A stretch of 64,000 nucleotides of DNA, from the NCBI GenBank assembly GCA_963840855.1, contig CAWJBB010000046.1:96001-160000 (forward strand), read 5' to 3'. Positions 20,357 to 28,737 of this stretch are shown piece after piece. Each line of letters starts with the position of its first letter. Positions within the stretch are counted from its first letter, which is position 1. Under the pieces are notes generated by a model. It did no database searches. It saw nothing but the letters and a program-made list of their open reading frames with translations, and had not been told where the DNA came from. Made by a program: the position numbers and the translations under genes. This DNA comes from an uncultured delta proteobacterium. GTDB taxonomy: Bacteria; Desulfobacterota; Binatia; UBA9968.

Positions 20357-20659
20357 ATGAAATTTCAGAGGGGCAACAAACTAGCCGCAGGCGGCCGACG
20401 CGATCCGGCAGGCGGGCGGCCTACAAGGGCAGCTCTCGAAGCGCAGGAAGCTAGACTCGCCGTCTGGCAAAAGGAATTGGAGAAAAACGAATTGATACTT
20501 GCGCGGCGCTACATCAAGCGAGCCATGAAATCAGACCGGGTTTTGATCGACGCTCGCAAGGCGACCGTACCGGATGCCAAGAAGGAGATCGAGCATTCCG
20601 GCGAGGTAGGCGTTCGGCCGTGGCTTGTCGATGCCTACGAGCCAAAGAAAAAGAAATGA
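20357..20659 (+). CDS. Terminase small subunit-like protein
   Basis: FQRGNKLAAGGRRDPAGGRP N-terminus and KEIEHSGEV C-terminus, both typical of TerS-type proteins; paralog at 24903. Confidence 0.6.
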   Translation: MKFQRGNKLAAGGRRDPAGGRPTRAALEAQEARLAVWQKELEKNELILARRYIKRAMKSDRVLIDARKATVPDAKKEIEHSGEVGVRPWLVDAYEPKKKK

Positions 20660-20852
20660 GGATGATTGCTCTTATTGGTCTGGGCCAGTTTTACGCGCCA
20701 AGCGCACAGATCGACTGCGACGCCGACCCGATAGCCCATGAGCGATAGATCGTCGTTTATGTACAGTGTGCACGCCGCAGAAATGCATCATTTGAAGGAA
20801 TGCTTCGCAATCAAATCATCGACGCCATGAAGGGTGGGCATAAGCGACTTCT

Positions 20853-21206
20853 ATGATCGAGCAAACCCTAAACCCGTTTGACCCGTTCTTCGAGAAGATC
20901 CGGGAAATTGTCCGCGAGGAGTTAAAGGCGGCCGGGAACGGGAACGGACACGGGGGCAATATTACCGAGACAGACAAAAAGGAACTGCAACGCTTGAAGG
21001 CTTTGGCGGCTGGAAAGGCGGCAGTCCAGGCAGGCGCATTGCTTACCGCCGAGCAATTGGCCGCGATGTTACAGGTCGACAAAGCGACGGTGTACGAACG
21101 AGTGAAGAAAAAAGCTATCCCTTTCTATCAGGCCGGGCGCTTTGTGCGATTCAATCTCGATGAAGTTTTAGAGAGTCAACGAAATAAAAACGACAATCCT
21201 TCTTGA
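20853..21206 (+). CDS. Excisionase-family HTH_17 DNA-binding protein
   Basis: IREIVREEL N-terminus; LLTAEQLAAMLQVDKATVYE...IPF...GRFVRF. Confidence 0.85.
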   Translation: MIEQTLNPFDPFFEKIREIVREELKAAGNGNGHGGNITETDKKELQRLKALAAGKAAVQAGALLTAEQLAAMLQVDKATVYERVKKKAIPFYQAGRFVRFNLDEVLESQRNKNDNPS

Positions 21207-21232
21207 CGGACTGTAAGTATTATGCTTATAGT
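21203..21232 (+). promoter_or_regulatory. Sigma70 promoter for xre-int (probably leaderless)
   Basis: TTGACG-N18-TATAGT ending 6 nt before GTG 21239; no SD. Confidence 0.6.
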
Positions 21233-21238
21233 GGGTTT

Positions 21239-21427
21239 GTGACTGGCAGGGACTTCAAGAAGATGCGGCTTGCGAAAGGCTACAGTCAATCACAGTTAGC
21301 GCGTGAACTGGACGTGCATGTGGTGACGGTTTCAAAGTGGGAGAGGGGAGTTGTACCGATCCCGCGCATGGCCGAGCTGGCGCTTTCGTCCTTAAAGCCC
21401 AGGTCAAAACCAAAGAAGGGGGTTTAG
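21239..21427 (+). CDS. XRE-family HTH transcriptional regulator
   Basis: KKMRLAKGYSQSQLARELDVHVVTVSKWERG. Confidence 0.85.
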   Translation: MTGRDFKKMRLAKGYSQSQLARELDVHVVTVSKWERGVVPIPRMAELALSSLKPRSKPKKGV

Positions 21428-21429
21428 CT

Positions 21430-22607
21430 ATGGCAGCAGTTTACAAAGTGGGCAAGAAGTGGCGCGCGGACTTTACCGACAAGGAAGGCTTTCGCCACCG
21501 CCAGAGGTTCAAAACGAAGGGGGAGGCGGACGCCTATCTCACCGAGAAAAAGTCGGAGCTTAAAGACGGCACCTATGTTTCACCCAAAGACATACCGACC
21601 TATGGTGCTCTAGCGGATTCGTGGATTGCGGGCAGGATCGAGCAGTCACGGACACCGGGGGCGGGCTATCGGCCGTCAACCCTGGCGCAGTGGCAAACCC
21701 ATGTTGCGCACATGAAAGCGTGTTTTGGCGAAAACAAGAAAGTTAACGACATCGACGCGCAGGCAATTGAAAGGGCAATCGGCAAACTCCGGCTTGCGAA
21801 AGAGCAGGGCGGCCGCGGGCTATCGGTCAAGACCGTGGGCAAGGTGCTTACCACCATGAGCCGGATCTTCAAGTTTGGGATCCGCAATAAATGCGGTATC
21901 CAGACCGATCCGACAAAGCTTATCGAGAAGGTAAAGGACAGTTCTGGCGAGCAGACAGAAACGGGCGAGCGGCTGAATGTCTTACATGAAGTCACGGAAA
22001 AGGAAGTGCTCACGCCCGAGGAAGCCAAGCGCGTGATCTTGGCGGCCAAGCCGGGGCTTTACAGGACTATCATTCAGACAGCGATCTACACCGGCGCAAG
22101 GATCAGCGAGCTCCTGGCGCTAAAATGGCCGGACGTGCACCTTGATGGCAGCGTTATCGACATTCGCCGAAGCGTATCAACGGCAAAGGTGAAAGGGGAG
22201 ATAACGCAAGAAAAGTACCGCTGGTTTGATCCCAAGACGAAGCGCGGGGTTAGAGAAATACCGATCCCCCCGCAGTTAGTCGCGGCGCTCAAGGAATGGA
22301 AAGAGAGGGGTCCGAAGAGCCGGCTTGATTTGGTATTCTGTAACGGGTTTGGCGAACCCTGCGAACGAACCGGAATGGGGCGCTATGGGCTAAAGCCGGC
22401 GCTTAAGCAGGCGGGTATTGATAAGGCGGTTACGCCGCACGGACTGAGACACACCTATGCGTCAATGCTCATTCTGCTCAAGAGACCGATAACGGAAATC
22501 TCTCACTACCTGGGCCACGCGGATGTTTCAATCACGATGCGCATTTCTTGAAGCCGAAGAAACAGGACACGATGAGCGACTTGGAAAGGCTTATCGAGAA
22601 TGGCTAG
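21430..22607 (+). pseudogene. Tyrosine integrase with a frameshifting deletion removing the catalytic Tyr
   Basis: TGARISE, HGLRHTY and LGH are present. After SITM the frame shifts at ~22539, and the other frame resumes AHFLKPKKQD...ENG*; the KVY seen in integrase 2 is missing. Confidence 0.85.
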
Positions 22608-22619
22608 CCAAAAGTTCTT

Positions 22620-22679
22620 TGGCACAGTTAGGCACAGTTTGACACAGAAGGGGAAAAATATAATTGTAAGTAGCTGATA
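22620..22679 (+). repeat. attR1 arm: three GGCACAG-type repeats plus an IHF site
   Basis: tggcacagtt-aggcacagtt-tgacacag at 10-bp period; 22667-22679 reverse complement TATCAGCTACTTA fits WATCARNNNNTTR. Confidence 0.7.
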
Positions 22680-22687
22680 TTGCTTAT

Positions 22688-22761
22688 GCCCCCGTAGCTC
22701 AGGTGGATAGAGCACAGGATTCCTAATCCTGGGGCCGCGTGTTCGAGTCACGCCGGGGGCA
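22688..22761 (+). tRNA. tRNA-Arg (anticodon CCT)
   Basis: Full cloverleaf: GCCCCCG/CGGGGGC acceptor, D arm, CAGGA-TTCCTAA-TCCTG anticodon arm, GCGTG-TTCGAGT-CACGC T arm; CCA not encoded. Confidence 0.96.
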
Positions 22762-22784
22762 TTTCTAAGTAATCAAATCTCAAG

Positions 22785-22812
22785 GGGAAAGCTGGAAACA
22801 GCTTTCCCTTTT
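22785..22812 (+). terminator. Rho-independent terminator after the tRNA
   Basis: GGGAAAGCTG-GAAA-CAGCTTTCCC-TTTT. Confidence 0.8.
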
Positions 22813-22832
22813 CTTTTGTCCAAGCGTCCAAT

Positions 22833-22850
22833 GTCTCTAAAATGTCTCTA
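22833..22850 (+). repeat. attL2 arm-type repeats (GTCTCTA x2)
   Basis: 11-bp spacing; same heptamer three times at 33984-34011. Confidence 0.7.
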
Positions 22851-22999
22851 TGGCGGCGCCCGGGCGCCCTTAGGCGGCGGTTTTCGTCGTTTATGGTGCT
22901 CCGGTAGCTACGTGTGGCTAAAACTTTGAGCTTGTCTGAGATACTCGCCAAGGACAACGACACGCCGGCCAACCGCAATGGCGCCGCGGATGGTGGACA

Positions 23000-23239
23000 A
23001 TGACAAATATTGAATTCGCTCAAGCATGGACACGCAAGCTTGAAGCGTTGGGAATCGTCCTGAATAACGGCATCGTGCTGACCGGCCCGGCAAGGTTCGT
23101 CGAGCGCCCGCTTCATCCACACCCGAGCCGTGGAAGGAAGAAAATTCACGCTTCTGGCTACGCGAGACTCAAAGCACACCGGTGGAGAAAGTCAGGCATC
23201 CGGATAAAGGTCACGGATGATAACGAAATAGGTTTGTAA
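23000..23239 (+). CDS. Small basic hypothetical protein
   Basis: GRKKIHASGYARLKAHRWRK basic motif. Confidence 0.45.
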   Translation: MTNIEFAQAWTRKLEALGIVLNNGIVLTGPARFVERPLHPHPSRGRKKIHASGYARLKAHRWRKSGIRIKVTDDNEIGL

Positions 23240-23703
23240 CTACCGAGATTGAAAGGAGAAAAAAGGGCCATTTTTCGCGTATGGCTATAACACCATTAAC
23301 CGGGGATTTTCGTTATCATTGAGGGCTCAACTGGCCACCATAGCTTAGTAGGACACAAATGGGCTTCTCCCGGAAGCATCAAAATTGCGGCGATGAATAT
23401 CAGACCGGTAAAGGTACCAGGCCATGAGCCTTTCGAAACGATCAGGGAAAAAATCCAGAATTGACGGCATTTAGGGAAAGATCGCCGAAGCGCCGTCCAG
23501 GTTTCATTTCGTTTATTTCCCTCTTGCCCTTCAAAGCTGTCAATCGAATGTCACCCATTGTCAAGACAAGCACGGCCGTTTAAAATGATTATTTCGGAAC
23601 CATGACCCAAGCAGATGCAAAAGAGGCACTAGAGAGATTTAACCGGGTACAGGGGGCATGAGCAGGAAGAAAATAGGTCCGAAATGGAGGAGAAAGGAAT
23701 CTA

Positions 23704-24765
23704 ATGAAGATATTCTTGGGTTTGGGTTTGGCGGCGGCGGTATTCCTAGCGAGCAGCGCCGGGGCAGCAGAGATTCCTCACAAGTTCAGGATTTTGGATA
23801 TTAAGATACCGGGGCAGGCTTGGCCCCGCGCAGCCCTGGTAGATATTAACAAGTGGGGCAAAGTGCTTGCCCACACGCCAATGTTAAACGGCGACACGGT
23901 GAGCATTTTGAGCGACGGCAAGACATCACACAAGCCTTTCGGCTGTAAGAAAGAAGCGGGCGAGACTCTAAGTTATACCTACGCAACAGCTTTGAATGAT
24001 AAGAACTATTCGGTAGGTAATTGTTATCTCTGGAATCCTACAACGGAAAGCTATCGGACGATTGCATTTCTGGCGACTCCGACAGGCCGGATAGTGGATC
24101 TGACGAGTCTCAATGTCGCGTACCAAGCTTTTAGCTTTTTACAACCACAAGGCATGAGTCCCGGCAGCCAATACATTACGGGGAATTTTTATAACGGCGT
24201 GGACTCATTTCCACATTGCTTCTTGATCGACAGAGTTGCGGGATCTTTTACCGACATCGCTTTTCCATCTCCGATACCGACGGCAGACGTGAATAGCAAC
24301 TGCGTTGGCGTCAATAAATTCGGACAGGTTCTTGGGGAATATGTCGCTAATGACCTAGCGACAAACGAGAGCTTGGAACACGGCTTTTTCCTATGGGACA
24401 AAGGCGTTTTTTCAATTCCATTGCCCTTGAGCCACGATATTGATGGCGGGCCATACACTATCGCTTATGACATAGAAGGGGATACTGACGCCCTTCTAGG
24501 ACTTTACAATGGCAACGACGGCACAGGGTATGCGGTTTTCTTCTTCGATGACGGGGTTAGCTACGGCATCGCCGAGCCCGCTAATTGGGCCGTAAATGAT
24601 CTTGGCGGCATGAGCACTCGGGGAACATTCGTCGGCAATGTCACAATTTTCAAAGGGCTAGATAAATTTTGTATGGAAGTTGTTGGCGACCCGGATTATT
24701 GCGCCATTGAAGAAAGCCACGGGTTTGTCGCCACGCCGGCGCCTATCAAGGTCGCTTCAAAGTGA
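23704..24765 (+). CDS. Secreted repeat protein (HAF-repeat / beta-propeller-like)
   Basis: Signal peptide; recurring xINxxG/GVNKFGQVLG and HGF/HCF blades; strong SD. Confidence 0.65.
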   Translation: MKIFLGLGLAAAVFLASSAGAAEIPHKFRILDIKIPGQAWPRAALVDINKWGKVLAHTPMLNGDTVSILSDGKTSHKPFGCKKEAGETLSYTYATALNDKNYSVGNCYLWNPTTESYRTIAFLATPTGRIVDLTSLNVAYQAFSFLQPQGMSPGSQYITGNFYNGVDSFPHCFLIDRVAGSFTDIAFPSPIPTADVNSNCVGVNKFGQVLGEYVANDLATNESLEHGFFLWDKGVFSIPLPLSHDIDGGPYTIAYDIEGDTDALLGLYNGNDGTGYAVFFFDDGVSYGIAEPANWAVNDLGGMSTRGTFVGNVTIFKGLDKFCMEVVGDPDYCAIEESHGFVATPAPIKVASK

Positions 24766-24902
24766 AGCTGCGAGGCCAGTTCGAGACAATAGGTGAAAAC
24801 GCAATCGAGTTTTTCAACAGGGTTTCAAGGAGTGGCTAATCGTGAGTAAAATCGTTCATATAAGGCGTAAAGCTTGGAACCCGCAAAACCAAAGGAGAAC
24901 CT

Positions 24903-25280
24903 ATGGCAGACGGACCGGGCGGTAGATTCACGAAGGGTCATAAACTTGCCAAAGGCGGGCTAAGGGATCCGCCTGGAGGCAGGCCAACCAAGGCGGAAGT
25001 GGCGCGCCGAGAATCGCTCAAGGAGGTTCTAGAACGTCTACGCGAGGAAGAGGCGAACACGTTAGCGGCCAGATACTACGAGATGGCCAAAGATGATCCG
25101 GCGACCATGCGGCACGCGGTTGACAAGGTTTTGCCCAACGCAAAGCAAGAGATAGGCGTTACCGGCGATGTCAACGTGGGCCTCAACCGCGAATCGATCA
25201 TCGCCTTGATGGCGACCAAGGAAGGGCGCGAGGCTGCATTGGCTATCACTAAGGCGCTGGCGGGGCAATCTAAGCCGTAA
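24903..25280 (+). CDS. Terminase small subunit-like protein
   Basis: GRFTKGHKLAKGGLRDPPGGRPT...KQEIGVTGDV; homologous to 20357-20659; AAGGAG SD. Confidence 0.6.
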   Translation: MADGPGGRFTKGHKLAKGGLRDPPGGRPTKAEVARRESLKEVLERLREEEANTLAARYYEMAKDDPATMRHAVDKVLPNAKQEIGVTGDVNVGLNRESIIALMATKEGREAALAITKALAGQSKP

Positions 25281-25388
25281 TGGAACCCGCCCAACGTTTA
25301 CCATACCGGCAATTATTAAAGCGGCGGCGGCAGAACGGCGAATGCTTCGAGTGCTTTTGCGGCAGTGGGCGGAGCAAGTGAAAAAAGT

Positions 25389-25607
25389 CTACTCTCTTAC
25401 TCGAAGGCAAGCAGTAGTAGAAGTGGTAGTAGCGCAAATCCATACGCGACCAGTCCAGTTGTCCATAACGTAAACCCCCGTATGACCCTCCGGGGTTATG
25501 ACGGCGGCCGTCATTCGATAACGAAAATCCAACGCAATAAGAAAAAGCATAATAATCGCTAAAGCCAAGACGAGCGCCTTCAATCTATCCAAAAGTTTTT
25601 CCTCCAT
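25389..25607 (-). CDS. Small membrane-anchored hypothetical protein
   Basis: N-terminal TM helix; YVMDNWTGRVWIC. Confidence 0.55.
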   Translation of the reverse strand: MEEKLLDRLKALVLALAIIMLFLIALDFRYRMTAAVITPEGHTGVYVMDNWTGRVWICATTTSTTACLRVRE

Positions 25608-25671
25608 GCCATACTCTCTTCAAAACATCTATTATTTGGACGCCCATTTTGTCCATGCTCTAAGCGCCTCT

Positions 25672-25884
25672 TCAATCGCCTTTGTGTCGCCGGTAGAGTG
25701 TTAGCCAGACGAGCCCGCAGATGATCCAGATTGCAAGCACAATGCTGACTTTCTCGACAATCCGGATCACAACGATCCCAGCTCCATACATCCGAACTTC
25801 AAGACCATCGGGCCAACCGACCATCAGAGTGACGATCGAAAGCAATCCGCCTACCCACAAAATTATCAGCTGGCCCCGTTTCAT
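25672..25884 (-). CDS. Small two-TM hypothetical protein
   Basis: Two hydrophobic segments in 70 aa. Confidence 0.5.
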   Translation of the reverse strand: MKRGQLIILWVGGLLSIVTLMVGWPDGLEVRMYGAGIVVIRIVEKVSIVLAIWIICGLVWLTLYRRHKGD

Positions 25885-25995
25885 CTAGAAGGCCGAGATG
25901 ATTTCCACTGTTCCGACGAACAAATGTTTCATTTTGTAATCTTGCCCACTGGGCTGCGTGCGCCTTAACCGATGGCACGCGCGACGGACGGCAGA

Positions 25996-26412
25996 TCAAA
26001 CGTCGTCATCGTGCCTCCATTCATCGTAGAGTCGGGCTCGCTCGTCTCTGGCCTTATCGATGCAGCGCAATACGATAGCGGCGCAAAGCCAGTAAAGTAC
26101 CGCCGCAAGTATACATCCGATGACCCCCGCTTCCTTACCGAATATTATGCCCACGAGGAAGCCGAGCATGAAAACTACAAAAACCCCAACGACGATCTCT
26201 CCCGAGAAGTGTGCGTCCGGTTCGAAGCGATCATCCAGATTGTGATATTTCTCTCTGAGCTTGATCCGCTCTTGCGCGCTGAGGTATCCAAAACGAATAA
26301 GCCGGCGCCGATCAAACTCACCTCTAAGGTGTCGTTGTTCCAGATCCGCCTTTTCTTCTTGCGTTAGTTCAGACCACGGTTTCATATGCCAGAATCTCCC
26401 AAGGGAGATCAT
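25996..26412 (-). CDS. Two-TM hypothetical protein
   Basis: Charged N-terminal domain and a TM hairpin; GGAGG upstream. Confidence 0.6.
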   Translation of the reverse strand: MISLGRFWHMKPWSELTQEEKADLEQRHLRGEFDRRRLIRFGYLSAQERIKLREKYHNLDDRFEPDAHFSGEIVVGVFVVFMLGFLVGIIFGKEAGVIGCILAAVLYWLCAAIVLRCIDKARDERARLYDEWRHDDDV

Positions 26413-26450
26413 TCACGACTGTCTAACACCTCCATGAATAGCCGGGTCGC

Positions 26451-26480
26451 ATTCTCGCGCAGGAAAGCAATCCCCGTCAA
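26451..26480 (-). promoter_or_regulatory. Sigma70-type promoter for divergent cargo (element 2)
   Basis: TTGACG-N18-GAGAAT on the minus strand. Confidence 0.55.
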
Positions 26481-26536
26481 ACGCATTTTTCGTTGCTTTT
26501 CCAGCCCAAATCCTTACATTGGGGAAGTGCATTCCT

Positions 26537-26594
26537 GGGGTCTAGGCTGATCACCGAAACGGCCCGGAGATTCTCACACGCCGGGCCTGGCCTC
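26537..26594 (+). ncRNA. Structured leader RNA (CI/C4-like candidate), element 2
   Basis: GGGGUCUAGG start, CACCGAAA junction, GGCCCGG/CCGGGCC stem, UGGCCUC closing strand; homologous to 15869-15944. Confidence 0.65.
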
Positions 26595-26632
26595 TTTCTC
26601 TGCCAAAGGTGTGAGAGAAACAGTGTGAGAGG

Positions 26633-26896
26633 ATGTCAAAACCTCCAAGCAAAGCGACCAAGCGTCGCACTCGAAAACCGCTCGATGCAAGCGAGTTCTC
26701 AGACCGCCAACTATTGATCCATTGGGGCCGTGTTCTACAGAGCCAGCAACTGTGGCTCGCGCAAATTATTCAAAGCCTCGGCGCACCGCTACTGCCAGGT
26801 ATACCCGAACGGCTCCGCCAGAACCTGTCTCGTGAACACTTGAGAGCTTGGCTGAATGATGGGGTTTCCGCTGAACTTAATCAGTGGGCTGCTTAA
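26633..26896 (+). CDS. Hypothetical protein, first gene of element 2 core operon
   Basis: 87 aa ORF directly after the leader RNA. Confidence 0.5.
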   Translation: MSKPPSKATKRRTRKPLDASEFSDRQLLIHWGRVLQSQQLWLAQIIQSLGAPLLPGIPERLRQNLSREHLRAWLNDGVSAELNQWAA

Positions 26897-27647
26897 GGCA
26901 TCTAACGAAGAAAGTTCAGTCAGGAAAGAGATAGCGGGAAGGCTGACAGGTGCGGTCGTGTCCAGATTGATCGATGTCCGCGGCGAGAAGGTCGGAAGGA
27001 GCGATAGCTTGCCGGATAACCTAAGAGAGATACGGCGGGCCTTCATGGTAGACAGGATTAAGGCAAAGCAATCCATACCTGATGATGAGGATGCCAGGAG
27101 CGATGTGTTTCTCGACGCCTGGACTGAGCTTAATCGACAGGCTGAGTCGATAATAAAAACTTCATGGCCCTTGCCGACAGCAGAAAGCGCCTTTGAAGCT
27201 GACTTATATGAGCGATGGCAAACAGACGTGCTATCGGCCTTGAAAAACCGCTGGATTGCTTTCCTTCCAATCTTGGTGGAACGAGAAGCGGTAAACTACA
27301 TGCCAGCAAGAATCAAGATGGATCAAATCGACAGGGCACGGTCTAAGGCAGCAAAGAAACGGAAAGGCATCGAAGTCGAGTATGATGAGACATTACACGA
27401 GGAGCCTTTGATGCCTGCCGGCGATAATTCAGAAGAAACCAAGCTCTTAGAATCAGAAGGTGTACGAAAACGGCTAAAAAAACTGGATGAGGCGGCAGAT
27501 AGATATGCCCCAGAAACGGGCCGAGCTATTCGATTGATTTTAAGAGAAGGTTATAGCCAAAAAAGAGCAGCCGAAGCTGAAGGCATCCCAGAATCTACCT
27601 TGAGTGAGAGGATCATAAGAGAAGAAATCGAAAAAAGTGACCTCTAA
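26856..27647 (+). CDS. Hypothetical protein with C-terminal HTH (sigma region-4-like); may be fused to the upstream ORF
   Basis: AIRLILREGYSQKRAAEAEGIPESTLSERI. Confidence 0.6.
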   Translation: MMGFPLNLISGLLKASNEESSVRKEIAGRLTGAVVSRLIDVRGEKVGRSDSLPDNLREIRRAFMVDRIKAKQSIPDDEDARSDVFLDAWTELNRQAESIIKTSWPLPTAESAFEADLYERWQTDVLSALKNRWIAFLPILVEREAVNYMPARIKMDQIDRARSKAAKKRKGIEVEYDETLHEEPLMPAGDNSEETKLLESEGVRKRLKKLDEAADRYAPETGRAIRLILREGYSQKRAAEAEGIPESTLSERIIREEIEKSDL

Positions 27648-27760
27648 CCCGTCCCATCAATCTTTTTCTCTGCCTATAAATCCTTCTTAAATCAATCGGT
27701 TATCCTAGCACCGGATTTCCCCTTCTGTTTTTCGAGTATCTATATCAGGAGGAGAAATTC

Positions 27761-27961
27761 ATGCTTGTCATTGAAATCGACCCGGCCGGAGGACAAATCG
27801 CTCAAGTGTTCGTGCGAGCGGCCAGCGTTGAAGCCGAGGATGCCGCGCTTCGCGCTTGGCAGAGCGTTAGGCCACTCGTCGACGCCATCGACCTTAAGTT
27901 GAGGCAAGACAACTCGCCGCGAACTATTACGGCTTCCCGGCCACTGGAGGCCGGGTTGTGA
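27761..27961 (+). CDS. Small hypothetical protein upstream of rep
   Basis: AGGAGG SD; GTGA overlap with rep. Confidence 0.6.
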   Translation: MLVIEIDPAGGQIAQVFVRAASVEAEDAALRAWQSVRPLVDAIDLKLRQDNSPRTITASRPLEAGL

Positions 27962-28737
27962 GCGTAAAAATCATGGCTAAAGTCTGGGCAAGTTCACACC
28001 GCAAGGACGGCGAGCTTCTTGTCATGCTTGCCCTGGCGGACTTTTCAAACGATGCCGGCGAGAGCTGGCCGTCAATCCCGACGCTCGCGCAGAAGGCTCG
28101 ACTAACTGAGCGGCAAACACGACGCGTCTTAAGGAAACTCGAAGAAGCTGGAGAGATCCGCCGAGTAAAGAGCAACGGCGGCCGGAATCGGCGGAATCAC
28201 TACTTCATTACCCTCACTGAAAACCCTGATAATATTACAGGGAAAGAATTACAGGGTAAAAATAACCCTGTTATTGGCGACACTAAACCCCTGACGCCCA
28301 TGTCAGGGGCATTAAACCATCATAGAACCGTCAATAAGAGCGGCGCTAAAGCGCCTTGTGATTCTTCTCCATCCCGAAGGGAAAGAAAGAATACCCGCGG
28401 CGCCAGCATCCCGCCCGAGCTTCAAGCCGCCGTTTCCCGCATCGTCGCCAAAATCAACGAACTGGGTGGCACTCGCTACCATGACGACAGCCCGGACGCT
28501 CTCCACAATTTGATTGCCCGTTTGCGCGATGGCCGGACCGAGGCCGAGTGCCTGGCCGTGGTAGAAGGCCGCCACGCGGCATGGGCGGACAAAAAAGAGA
28601 TGCAAGAGTATTTCCGCCCGAGCACGCTATTTGCCGCGGTGCACTTCGAGGATTATTTGCAGGCCGCGCAGAGACAGAGCAACGGCGCCGCCGAATCCAA
28701 CCCCGAACGGCGAAAGGAACTTTTTATCAATGCCTGA
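27958..28737 (+). CDS. Phage-type replication initiator (wHTH plus conserved phage C-terminal domain)
   Basis: N-terminus nearly collinear with the 17347 rep; C-terminal MQEYFRPSTLF...FEDYL (Phg_2220_C-like). Confidence 0.85.
   Translation: MSVKIMAKVWASSHRKDGELLVMLALADFSNDAGESWPSIPTLAQKARLTERQTRRVLRKLEEAGEIRRVKSNGGRNRRNHYFITLTENPDNITGKELQGKNNPVIGDTKPLTPMSGALNHHRTVNKSGAKAPCDSSPSRRERKNTRGASIPPELQAAVSRIVAKINELGGTRYHDDSPDALHNLIARLRDGRTEAECLAVVEGRHAAWADKKEMQEYFRPSTLFAAVHFEDYLQAAQRQSNGAAESNPERRKELFINA
28221..28309. repeat. Iteron cluster / putative origin inside rep (element 2)
   Basis: ttacaggg x2, palindrome cagggtaaaaataaccctg, inverted repeat cccctgac-N6-gtcagggg. Confidence 0.7.

Larger units (their letters stand above)
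3375..22726 (+). mobile_element. Integrative element 1 (phage-satellite-like core plus ~12 kb cargo), bounded by a duplicated tRNA-Arg 5' half
   Basis: Direct repeat of the tRNA 5' half; TGGCAC-type arm repeats inside both ends; integrase next to the right end; rep/dnaB/DUF3854/terS/xis core. Confidence 0.85.

Noticed and set aside
25280-25381. 33-codon ORF with CFCGSGR (SEC-C-like) after terS
   Set aside because: Too short, the motif is incomplete and there is no SD; it cannot be supported.
26546-26590. CUGAUCA..GAAAC resembling a hammerhead ribozyme core
   Set aside because: No stem II between the two motifs, CUGAUCA does not fit CUGANGA, and the homologous RNA in element 1 lacks CUGA.
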